A DNA stretch of 64,000 nt, taken from an uncultured Chloroflexia bacterium. GTDB taxonomy: Bacteria > Chloroflexota > Anaerolineae > Anaerolineales > Villigracilaceae. Positions 1-9,486 of this stretch are shown one piece after another. The notes below the pieces were generated by a model that saw only the letters and a list, made by a program, of their open reading frames with translations, was not told the DNA's origin and searched no databases. Position numbers and translations under genes: made by a program. Numbering within the stretch: position 1 is the first letter of the stretch; the number at the start of each line of letters is the position of its first letter. Location: NCBI GenBank assembly GCA_963793795.1, contig CAWCBN010000010.1, positions 345,200-409,199 of the forward strand, written 5' to 3'.

Positions 1-1065
1 ATGCGTTCGCGCTACCCGATCGATTCCCTGGCAACTTTACGTCGCGTCTATACACCCGGCGTGGCAGAAGTGTGCCTGAAGATTAACAAGGATCCGAAAC
101 TGGCGCGCATGTACACTTCCATCAGCCATTTGGTTGCCATTGTCACCGATGGAACGGCTATCCTGGGCTTGGGGGATATTGGTCCCGTGGCTGGTATGCC
201 AGTCATGGAAGGTAAGGCAATGCTCATGGAATCGCTTGTTGGTCTGTCAGGTGTGCCAATTCTCTTGAACACCAAGGATCCTGATGAGATCATCAAAATC
301 GTGGCAGCCATAGCCCCCACGTTCGGCGCCATACAGCTGGAAGATATTTCAGCCCCGCGCTGTTTCAGGATCGAAGAAGAACTTCAAAAGCAATTGGACA
401 TCCCTGTCATGCACGATGACCAGCATGGGACAGCGGTTGTTTGCACAGCCGCGCTGACCATCGCCGCGCGCAAGACCAAACGCAATTTGCGCAAGGCAAC
501 GATCGGCCAGATCGGCCTGGGGGCGGCCGGAAATGCCATCGCCAAGATGCTCATGCGCATCACCGGTAACCCGGTCTATGGCGCTGATCTGAGCAAGGAT
601 GCGATCAAGCGGCACGTAGCCAACGGTGGCAAGGCCTCCACCCTGGAAGAGATCATGGCGAACTGCGATATCGTGATAGCCACCACCGGGGCTCCAGGTC
701 TCATTAAATCCGAAATGGTACGCAAGGGACAGATCATCCTCGCCTTGTCCAACCCGCGACCCGAGATTGAACCCGAGGAAGCCCGCAAGGCAGGCGCAAT
801 CTATGCTGCGGATGGAAAATCCGTCAACAATGTGCTTGGTTTCCCCGGCATTTTCCGAGGTGCCGTGGACACCTGGTCGCCGCGTATCACACCCGAGATG
901 CTGGAGGCTGCCGCCTATGCCATTGCTGATGCCACTCCCGAGAACGAATTTGTACCCAGCCCATTGGATAAGAAACTCCACGAAGCGGTTGCCCATGCCG
1001 TGGCAACAAAAGCCATCGAGCAGGGATTGGCCCGCGCTGATTATGTGCCGTACGTCCGTGAATAA
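1..1065 (+). CDS. NAD(P)-dependent malic enzyme, 5'-truncated by window edge
   Basis: ORF is open to position 1. Motifs YTPGVAEVC, DGTAILGLGDIG, HDDQHGTAVV and GLGAAG (Rossmann) are typical of malic enzymes. The family normally has some tens of residues before YTPGVA, so the ATG at 1 is probably internal. Confidence 0.9.
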   Translation: MRSRYPIDSLATLRRVYTPGVAEVCLKINKDPKLARMYTSISHLVAIVTDGTAILGLGDIGPVAGMPVMEGKAMLMESLVGLSGVPILLNTKDPDEIIKIVAAIAPTFGAIQLEDISAPRCFRIEEELQKQLDIPVMHDDQHGTAVVCTAALTIAARKTKRNLRKATIGQIGLGAAGNAIAKMLMRITGNPVYGADLSKDAIKRHVANGGKASTLEEIMANCDIVIATTGAPGLIKSEMVRKGQIILALSNPRPEIEPEEARKAGAIYAADGKSVNNVLGFPGIFRGAVDTWSPRITPEMLEAAAYAIADATPENEFVPSPLDKKLHEAVAHAVATKAIEQGLARADYVPYVRE

Positions 1066-1093
1066 AATAACAGAATAGGAAATTGAAAAGCGA

Positions 1094-1125
1094 ACCGCCC
1101 GGCATAAACCGGGCGGTGTCTATTA
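1094..1125. terminator. Rho-independent terminator hairpin between convergent genes
   Basis: ACCGCCCGG-CATAAA-CCGGGCGGT, a 9-bp perfect stem, followed by GTCTATT. It sits between the malic enzyme stop (1065) and the aminotransferase stop (1168). Confidence 0.6.
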
Positions 1126-1167
1126 AGAGTTGACTTCTAGATTTGTTGAGAAAGTCTCCCAAATGAT

Positions 1168-2405
1168 CTACAACTTCTTATTCTCTGCCACCAGTTCCTT
1201 GAGCACCATCCCAAGACGGGTGATCCCTTCACGGATCGCTTCCGGTTTCGAGTAGGAGAAATTGATGCGCATGGTATTCTCGCCCCCTCCATTGGGGTGG
1301 AAGGACAAACCGGGTACAAAAGCCACCTTGCGCTGAATGGCTACCTTCAACACTTCGGCAGCGTCCATCCCCTTCGGCAGGATACCCCACAGGAACATAC
1401 CTCCCTGGGGATGGGTCCAGCGCACCTCGGATGGGAACAACTCGTCCATTGTCTCCAACATCACATCACGGCGCTCTTTGTATACCTGGCGAATGAATTT
1501 GACGTGTTCATCGATAAATCCGCCTTTTCCCACCTCATAAGCTACGTACTGGTTGAACGTGGCCGAGTGGAGGTCCGCAGCTTGTTTTGTCATCACCAGC
1601 TTCCGGATGACCTCGGGTGGAGCGACGATCCAGGCCAGCCGCAGTCCCGGTGCCAACAGCTTCGAAAAGGTGCTCAGGTAGATCACATTACCGCTGTAAT
1701 GACCGCCATTGGGTCCGCGGTAGTCGCTGTCCAGGGAGACCACTGATGGCAGGTGTTCTCCTTCGAAACGCAATTGGCCATATGGATCATCTTCGATGAT
1801 CGGCACACCGTATTTATCTGCCAACTCCACCAATTGCTTTCGGCGTTCCAGGCTGAGAGTGGTGCCCGAAGGATTTTGGAAATTAGGTAATACATAGATG
1901 AATTTCGGCCCCACCCGCAGAGCTTTCTCCAGCTCGTCCACGATCATTCCATTTTCATCGGCGGGCACAGAGACATAATTGGCCCCGTACGCATTCCATG
2001 CTTGTAAAGCACCCAGGTAAGTCGGGGATTCAACGACGATATGATCCCCATTGTTAATGAATAATCGACCGATGAAATCAAGTGCTTGCTGGGAGCCAGA
2101 GGTGATAAGAATATTATCTGCGGTGATATCGATCCCAAAGCGTTGAGCATGCCGGGCGATCATTTCCCGCAGAGGCCGGTACCCTTCAGTGGTACCATAT
2201 TGCAAGGCCTGCGCCCCACATTTCTCCAATACGGTAATGCATGCCTTCCTTGAACTGGTGCAGCGGAAAGACCTCCGGGGCAGGCAGACCTCCAGCAAAG
2301 GAAATGATATCAGGCTGCTCGGTGAGTTTCAGCAAGCTCCCTTATGATCGAGCTCCCCATCCGCTGGGCGCGGTAGGCATAACGGTACTCCCAGGGTGTT
2401 TGCAT
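1168..2405 (-). CDS. PLP-dependent aminotransferase class I/II (2-aminoadipate/MocR-type), two frameshifts in the 5' part
   Basis: Long ORF 1168..2298 contains QYGTTEGY, SGSQQALD, YVLPNFQNPSG and STFSKLLAPGLRLAW (PLP lysine block). The N-terminus MQTPWEYRYAYRAQRMGSSIIRE / LLKLTEQPDIISFAGGLPAPEVFPLHQFKE lies in two other frames. Single extra bases near 2336 and 2246 restore one frame. AAGGAG precedes the ATG at 2405. Confidence 0.85.
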
Positions 2406-2436
2406 TCATACTCCTTGTTTTGGGATATTTGTAGCG

Positions 2437-2477
2437 AAAAAAAAGCCTGACAGGTATGATTAGCCTGTCAGGCTTTT
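2437..2477. terminator. Bidirectional-looking terminator hairpin
   Basis: AAAAAAAAGCCTGACAGG-TATGATTAG-CCTGTCAGGCTTTT: an 11-bp perfect stem with an A-run 5' and a T-run 3'. Confidence 0.6.
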
Positions 2478-2590
2478 ACTGACCTTTTAGTGCCAGAACG
2501 AATATTCGCAGGATTCGATGCATGGCACTATAATCTTACCTTGTTTTGACCTGCGATGCAATATGACACCTGTCAGGTTTGGAGATTGAC

Positions 2591-4063
2591 ATGCGCGCAT
2601 TTTCTACATTTGCCCTGCTCCTGCTCACTGGGATGCTACTATCCTCCTGCGTACCCGCACCTTCTTCAACACCGGTGGAGTACATCCGTTCCCGTCTGTG
2701 GAGACGGGAGTTGCGGGGTGCTCGAAGATACGAAAAACTGCCCGCAGGATTGTCTTTATGTACCCGCTGCCGGTCAAACCCAGACGACCTATATCAAATC
2801 GGAAGGCGATAGGTAACATTGCCATCCAGATCGCCTATCCTGAGACACCGCGCTATTCTGAAGGCGCTGGAGTGGTTGTGTTGGTCGCACCAATTTTCAC
2901 CGAAACCAACGGCTTCATCAACCAACCCGACCTGACTTCAATAGGATTGATCCAGGTAAGTTATCTGTGGCCTGGAAAAATTGATGGTCGCACCCGCATT
3001 GCAAGCGAAGGCGAATTTGATTTCGGCGGTGAAAAATCAATCCAGGTATTGAGGGATGTGATCCGTTTCGCCGCTGGTCGCCAAAGCGACATACAACGGC
3101 AGGATGATCGACTCCCTGGTCCCCTTAACTCCATTGATAGAGGAAATTGGCCTGTATGCATTCTCCGACGCCGGGATTGCTGCCGTCAATGTGCTGGCAC
3201 AATATGGAGATGACCTGCCCGGGCTGCAATACTTGATCGGTCGTGAGAATCCCACCAACGACACCATCGCCTGCCAGGAGATTGGGCATTACGAAAATGG
3301 GCTACCGGTGGAGAATCCGTTCTATTTATACCCCACCAGCTACAGCCCTCATTCAATATCCGTCAATTATGGCACCTTGCGCTGGGATCCCACCTACTCG
3401 GAAAACAACACAAATTTCGTCGGTCGTCCCTACCTGGATCTGGATGGAAATAATTCAGCCACCACGGGCGATCACATCTTCGCCTGGCAGGTACCGGTGA
3501 TGTTCGGGAAACGCTATTATTCCACGGCATTGACACAGGCACTCCTAGACCTGGGAGCATTAACCAGCGACACCTGGCCTGCTGACCTTGCCTCGCCCCA
3601 GGAAGCTCGTGAGGCCTGGGCATCCCTGCAGATTGTTAACCGCTTTCAGGATATCGCAAAACTTCAGAATTCCGATTTCAACGTGATGCTTGTTTTTTCT
3701 CAAAATGACAACACCCAGGTGGCTGCTGACAAGCCTCACATCCACCAGGCCTATCAGGGTTTTCGATTCGAAGCCCAACCTTCAGGCGCGCAACTGCGCT
3801 GGATCCGTCTCAATCCCGATCGGGCTTATATTCAACTGTTCCTCCCTTCAGCAGGAGCCAACTACCCGGACAATCCGGCGAATACCTCTCCCGAAGATTG
3901 GTTAAAGATCGGAGACTGGGCTTACCCTGGGATTGGAACGGCTGGCACGATCGTACCCCTGGCGGCCGTGGCAGAGATGGCTGATCGAACCCATGCCGGT
4001 CGTTGGGACGAGAATCTCGGTGCAGTTATTTATCCATATTCTCCGTCACCCCCCACACCTTGA
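2591..4063 (+). CDS. Uncharacterised secreted lipoprotein, three frameshifts
   Basis: Signal peptide plus lipobox MRAFSTFALLLLTGMLLSSC. The reading frame moves 2->0->1->2 near 2685, 2810 and 3100. Pieces are VCGDGSCGVLEDTKNCPQDC (Cys-rich motif), then IGNIAIQIAYPETPRY..., then ORF 3104..4063. No confident family assignment. Confidence 0.55.
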
Positions 4064-4093
4064 TAGAACCTTCCCCACTGTCTCGGAAATAAG

Positions 4094-4142
4094 CAATGAC
4101 CCATCCTGGTTAGTGATCCTGGATGGGTCATTGTTTATTTTT
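4094..4142 (+). terminator. Rho-independent terminator
   Basis: CAATGACCCATCC...GGATGGGTCATTG, a 13-bp perfect stem, followed by TTTATTTTTT. Confidence 0.7.
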
Positions 4143-4151
4143 TGCTTGTTG

Positions 4152-6168
4152 CTATTTCAGGGATTTTTCAAACCAGCGCAATATATGGTTCAACCGGGCG
4201 ATGCGCCGGTCGGTACGCCCCGTGCGCGAGAGCCCATGGAATTCATCAGGGAAACGTACAAATTCAGTATCCACGCCCATCCGCTTGAGGGCGACGAAAA
4301 CCTGTTCACTTTGCTCGATCGGGCAGCGCAGGTCGCCTTCATTGTGAATGACCAACGTGGGGGTTTTGGCATTCTTGATATATGCCATTGGCGACATGTC
4401 CCACCATTTCTGAAAATCCTTGAAGGGGGGTTCTGCTTCGACTTCGTGTTCGAAGGTCCAGTTGATATCGCTTGAGCCCCATTCGCTGATAAAATTGCTC
4501 ACGCAGCGTTGGGTCACGGCGGCCTTGAATCGCTCGGTATGACCGATGATCCACACAGTCATGTATCCGCCGTACGAACCACCTGTTACACCCATGCGTT
4601 TCACGTCTATGTAGGGTTTCTTGGCGATGAAATCAGCCCATGCCATCAAGTCGGCATAATCCGCACCCCCCCAGGAGCCCCAGATCGCCCGGGCGTGTTC
4701 TTCGCCATATCCGCGTCCACCCCTGGGATTGCAGAAATGAACCACAAATCCTTTCGAGGCAAGGTAGTTGAATTCGTGCATAAAGAACTTGCCATATTGC
4801 GTGATCGGTCCTCCGTGGATCTCGAGGATGGAGGGGTACTTCTTTTTTGGGTCGAAGTGTGGTGGATACATGATCCAACCCTGCAGATCATTCCCCGCAG
4901 CACCCTTGAACCAAACCTCCTCCACGCGGCTCATCTCCAGGCTGTCGAGAAGGTCGCGGTTCAGGCGTGTCAGGTGCCGGGTTCGTCCGCCATCCGTCAG
5001 CTCACGGACGTAGATCTGCCCAATATCCTCCATCTGACCGAAGAAATAGGCGATCCTGGTCTGCGCTTTATCGAGGGTGAACGCGCCGACCGCGCCACCC
5101 TCCCCCACCACATCGCACAGGTCGTCGCCACTCACCGCAATGGATTTGAGCACTGCTGAACCATGGATGGCTGCCTGGAAGTAGAGCCGCTTGCCGTCCA
5201 GCGACCAGGTTGGTCGCATCCATTCAGTGGATCCGCAATCATTGATCACATCCGGGGAGGTGTGGATATCATAGCGGGCAGTCAGGTTTTTGGCCGGTTT
5301 TCCTCCGCTAACAGGAAGGATCCATAGGCGAATTGTTCTTATAACTATAGCCGAAACCTTTACCTTCCACTCCAAAGAATGCAATCCATTTGCCGTCAGG
5401 AGAAAAGGAAGGATACCACTTGGCGCCTTCAGGAGTTTTCAGTTTACGCGCCTCTCCTCCACTCACCGGCTGCAGGAAGAGGTCATCCAGTTCCTCCTGG
5501 TCCGGATCCGCAGTCCGGTTGGAGAGGAAGGCAATGGATTGACCATCAGGGGAAAAGGCCGGGTTGACCTCATCCCACACCGGGTGGTCGGTGATTTGCC
5601 GGCCTTTGCCAGTGCGGACATCAATGATCCAGATGTGGGTGCGCTCCTTTGGCAGGTAACCATAACCATCCAGCTTATAAAACAAGCGGTCGTAATGGCG
5701 GGCAACTACGCCTAATTTTTTCTTCTGCTCATCCTTTTCGCGCTCCAGCACATCGGCATCCGTTTTTCGGACTGTACAAAGCAGTTTGCGCCCATCCGGT
5801 GACCAGGAGATTTCACCGATCTCGCCTTCGATGGAAGTCAACTTGCGTGCTTCGCCACCGTCGAAGGGGATCAGGAAAATTTGAGCAGGCTTGTCCTTGT
5901 TGGAGCGATTCGAAAGGAAAGCGATGATTTTCCCATCCGGGGACCAGCGTGGAGAAGTGTCAGACTGGTCGCCATGGGTGAATTGTCTCGGCGCTCCCCC
6001 TTCCACCGGCACCAGCCACAGGTTGCTGAATTTCTTCTCGGTTTTCCGCTCCACCCGCTGGATGCGGTAGATCACATGCTTCCCATCCGGGGAGAGGCGG
6101 GGTTCAAACAATAGTTCAATGCGGTAGAGATCTTCGGCTGTGATCAAGCGTTTCTTGGCTGCAGGCAT
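4152..6168 (-). CDS. S9 family serine peptidase (acylaminoacyl-peptidase / prolyl oligopeptidase-like), one frameshift
   Basis: N-terminal beta-propeller part (5308..6168) has repeated SPDG blocks. C-terminal alpha/beta hydrolase part (4152..5384) has the GGSYGG nucleophile motif and a C-terminal HG. The pieces join at ...GYSYKN / RLWILPVSGG near 5340 (one extra base). Confidence 0.9.
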
Positions 6169-6259
6169 GAAATCTCCTTGTTCCTTAAATCAATGTGAAA
6201 TGATCCCAAGAGAAAGAGAATACTCGAATTAAATTATAACCCTTTGTAACAATTGCGAT

Positions 6260-7093
6260 TTATAAAAATGTCTCCAGCATGTTCCCCACCTCGACCATAT
6301 TGAAGACTGGTCCATCCACGCACACCAGTTTCTCTCCCAGGTTGCACCGCCCGCATTTTCCCAGTCCGCAGTGCATGCGCGCCTCCAGGGTGACGTAATT
6401 CCATTCGGGTAAAAATCCCATCCTTGCCAGCAATCGAGTCGTGTGATGGATCATCACCGGGGGACCGCAGGTGATGGTCGCTGTATTCCTGGATGCAGGC
6501 GAGACTTTCTCCAATAACTGTGTGATAAGGCCGGTTTCATGCGTCCAATCCGCATCCGCGTTATCCACCGTGAGGTGCAGTGAGGTATCGGGGGCGGACC
6601 GCCACTCGTCATATTCATCGGTGAATACCAGCAGGTCAGGGCGGCGGGCAGCCCACAGGATGGTCAAATGTCCGTACTCGGCGCGGTGTTCGAGTACATG
6701 CTGGATGACCGGTCGCAGCGGTGCCCCGCCAATACCGCCACCCAGTACCACCAGGTTCTTGCCCTTGAACTTGTCCATCGGGAAATGATTGCCCAGCGGT
6801 CCTCGCACCCCCACGATATCACCGTCGCCCAATTCATGCAGACCGGTTGTCACGGTTCCAAGCCTTGCCACCGCGAATTCGATCACCGGTCCCCTCTCCA
6901 CTGCATTGGCGATCCCAAAGGGAGCTTCTCCCAATCCAAAGGCCGAGACAAAAGCGAATTGTCCAGGTAGATGGTTCTGAAATGCCCTACCAGCACCGTT
7001 CAACAATTCCAGTCGAAATAACTTGATCTCAGATGCCAGGTCGCGCACCTCAACCAGTTTCGCCAGGTGGGGCATCATCGGATTCCAGCTCAT
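6260..7093 (-). CDS. FAD/NAD(P)-binding 2Fe-2S oxidoreductase subunit (sulfhydrogenase gamma / FlxA / AsrB-like)
   Basis: Ferredoxin-reductase-type fold blocks (LVVLGGGIGGAPL) and C-terminal cysteine cluster CGLGKCGRCNLGEKLVCVDGP. The start ATG overlaps the upstream stop (ATGA). Confidence 0.75.
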   Translation of the reverse strand: MSWNPMMPHLAKLVEVRDLASEIKLFRLELLNGAGRAFQNHLPGQFAFVSAFGLGEAPFGIANAVERGPVIEFAVARLGTVTTGLHELGDGDIVGVRGPLGNHFPMDKFKGKNLVVLGGGIGGAPLRPVIQHVLEHRAEYGHLTILWAARRPDLLVFTDEYDEWRSAPDTSLHLTVDNADADWTHETGLITQLLEKVSPASRNTATITCGPPVMIHHTTRLLARMGFLPEWNYVTLEARMHCGLGKCGRCNLGEKLVCVDGPVFNMVEVGNMLETFL

Positions 7094-8103
7094 CTTATTA
7101 ACTCCAGGTCTGCCAGAATTTCACTGATGTCCACACCCGCCGGGCAGAGTTCGATGCAACGACCGCAACCGGTGCAGGCAATCCCGGCACCCAGGTGGTA
7201 TTGTTCGGGAAAATACAAAACCTTGCACATGAACCTGTTGCGCAGGCGATCGCCTTTTTCCGGGCGGGCACGATGTCCACCCGCCACGCGGCGATAGTTC
7301 TCACCGGCGCAACTATCCCAGCAGCGGATGCGCTCGAACTGACCAGGTTGCAACGCTTCATCGCGAACGACAAAGCATCGGCAAGTGGGGCAAACGTATG
7401 CGCAGGCACGGCAGGAAAGGCATCGCTCCGAAATTCTCTCCCAATATTGATCAGAAAAATGCTCCTTCCACTTCTCTTTTGAAAGATTCTGAAAACCTGT
7501 TTCCGAACGCGTATGGCTGTCCTCAGTTTCCTTCCACTCCCCGCCGGGTATCAGGAAACGGCCTTTCTCCGTCACGGCTTCAACCAGAAAGCCCTCGCTG
7601 GTTTCGTACAACATGATGTCCATTCCGCTGGAGTCGTCCGGGGTGCCACCTGTCGAGGTACAGAAGCAACTGGGACCCAATTCACGGCAAGCCAGGCCAA
7701 TCAGGGTGGTATTCTGGCGCCGACGGGCATAAAAGGGATCAACAGGATGGGTATCCATGAACAGGTTGTCCAGCAGCAAGGCGCCCCGGGCATCACACGG
7801 GCGAACACCGAAGACAACCGTTTCCCATTCAGGATAATTCTCCTCAAGGGCGATTTCCTGCCCGGTCTTCTGAATGGTGAACAATCGCTCCGTTGGTGGA
7901 AAAAAGGCTTCCTTCAGAGAGAGAAGCGGGCGAGTGAACGATGTTGCTATCTCCCCGCTGGTTTTCACACGCTTGTACAGGAGAACTCCGGATTTTTTAC
8001 TGGGAGCGATCAGGTTGCGCGCGGCAGCGATCCCATCCAGCCAACCCTGCATTTCGGTCCTTGAGATAAGCCAGTGCTTATGAAGAAGCATCGCATTGCT
8101 CAT
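7090..8103 (-). CDS. 4Fe-4S dicluster subunit (sulfhydrogenase beta / FlxB / AsrA-like)
   Basis: Cluster motifs CLSCRACAYVCPTC and CTGCGRCIELCP. Start chosen at MSNAMLLHK (8103), 1 nt after the upstream stop, rather than the longer ORF start at 8181. Confidence 0.7.
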   Translation of the reverse strand: MSNAMLLHKHWLISRTEMQGWLDGIAAARNLIAPSKKSGVLLYKRVKTSGEIATSFTRPLLSLKEAFFPPTERLFTIQKTGQEIALEENYPEWETVVFGVRPCDARGALLLDNLFMDTHPVDPFYARRRQNTTLIGLACRELGPSCFCTSTGGTPDDSSGMDIMLYETSEGFLVEAVTEKGRFLIPGGEWKETEDSHTRSETGFQNLSKEKWKEHFSDQYWERISERCLSCRACAYVCPTCRCFVVRDEALQPGQFERIRCWDSCAGENYRRVAGGHRARPEKGDRLRNRFMCKVLYFPEQYHLGAGIACTGCGRCIELCPAGVDISEILADLELIR

Positions 8104-8104
8104 C

Positions 8105-9448
8105 TCAGCCTTCCTTGTACTCACCGGAAAGAACTGTAACCACCGGGGATGGCACAACATCCACCCCGGCAAGGAAACCAAATTCTTCTTCCATCACTTG
8201 CGTCATCCTGCGGTTGAGCAGGCTGATGGGGATCTCCATTGGGCAGGCACGCTCGCATTCATTGCATCCCACACATCGACCTGCCAGGTGATATGCACGG
8301 ATAAGGTGAAAAGTGCGTTTTTCATTGTTGCGAATACCCATGCCAATCCAGGTTGAATCTTCCTGCTCTGCCAGGCAGGTGGGACAGTTGCACATTGGAC
8401 ATGCCTGGCGGCAGGCATAGCAACGGATGCAGCGGTCAAATTGGGAGATCCAGAATTCCATGCGTTCAGAGGGTGCGGCCGTCATAAGCTCGGACACTTT
8501 TTCTTCACAGCAGGATGTTAAGCGGGGAATGTAACGCGAGGTGGCACCCCCGATCAAGGTGTCACATACCGTCGGAACCGCCTCCTGGCAGGTGATGCAG
8601 CGGGTCTGAAGATCTCCATCGTGGTCGCAAATCCCTTCACAGGCCACGCCCAGTACATGCAGCTGGTCGCGTTGGAACTGGTTTTCCGCCAGCATCACGT
8701 TGATCGCTTTGCTGTCACACGGCTTGACCACCACTGCCACCTTCTTGGGAGGCTCCTTGCCAGAGGCTTTCAACTTGGACGGCAGATAGGATGTCAGGTT
8801 GTTGGTCGCCTGTGGATTCCATACCAGGCGGGCGGCATCCTCAGGAGAATATGCAAACGACGGGCGCGTCCGTCCATTCCTCCCAACCTCGTACCCGATG
8901 ACGCACCCGACCTCACCATTGCCAAGCAGCTCTTTTGCCTTGGCGCGGATGGCGTCTGTTTTCCCCGCGCAGTCAGTGACGGGCATCGGGATGGAAGCAG
9001 TGATCGATGGTAGAGCCTCCATAACAGGCTCCCAGGCGCCCGGGGGAATGCGCCAGGACGCAGGTCCCAGTTGGCGGACTGATTCGGTGAACTCGGTCAC
9101 GATATGAGCGAAGTGTTCGCCCTCGGAAGCAGAGACCCAGTCCAGGCGCAGCCGTTCAGGTTCGAGCCCAACAAAGGTTAACAGGTTGTGGAGGAGAGGA
9201 AATCGTTTTGCAGCACGGTGATTGCCGGAGTCGTAATGGCATTCCCCGATGTGACAACCGAGAATGATCACACCGTCAGCCCCCTGGTCGAAGGTCCGAA
9301 TGACCAGCTCGGGGGATACACGTCCGGAACAAGGCACGCGCACCGCGCGGATATTCGCCGGGGATTTCATCCTCGCAATACCAGCAGTGTCGGCTCCCGT
9401 GTAGGAACACCAAGTGCAGAGGAAGGCGATGATCTTGGGTTCGTACAT
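8105..9448 (-). CDS. MvhD-domain / 4Fe-4S ferredoxin fusion protein (FlxD-FlxC-like)
   Basis: N-terminus IIAFLCTWCSYTGAD...VPCSGRV...GADGVIILGCHIGECHY matches the methyl-viologen-reducing hydrogenase delta subunit fold. C-terminus has CIRCYACRQACPMC and CVGCNECERACP. Confidence 0.8.
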   Translation of the reverse strand: MYEPKIIAFLCTWCSYTGADTAGIARMKSPANIRAVRVPCSGRVSPELVIRTFDQGADGVIILGCHIGECHYDSGNHRAAKRFPLLHNLLTFVGLEPERLRLDWVSASEGEHFAHIVTEFTESVRQLGPASWRIPPGAWEPVMEALPSITASIPMPVTDCAGKTDAIRAKAKELLGNGEVGCVIGYEVGRNGRTRPSFAYSPEDAARLVWNPQATNNLTSYLPSKLKASGKEPPKKVAVVVKPCDSKAINVMLAENQFQRDQLHVLGVACEGICDHDGDLQTRCITCQEAVPTVCDTLIGGATSRYIPRLTSCCEEKVSELMTAAPSERMEFWISQFDRCIRCYACRQACPMCNCPTCLAEQEDSTWIGMGIRNNEKRTFHLIRAYHLAGRCVGCNECERACPMEIPISLLNRRMTQVMEEEFGFLAGVDVVPSPVVTVLSGEYKEG

Positions 9449-9486
9449 CCAATACTCCTAAGAGGATCTTTATCCTTGGTTCACCA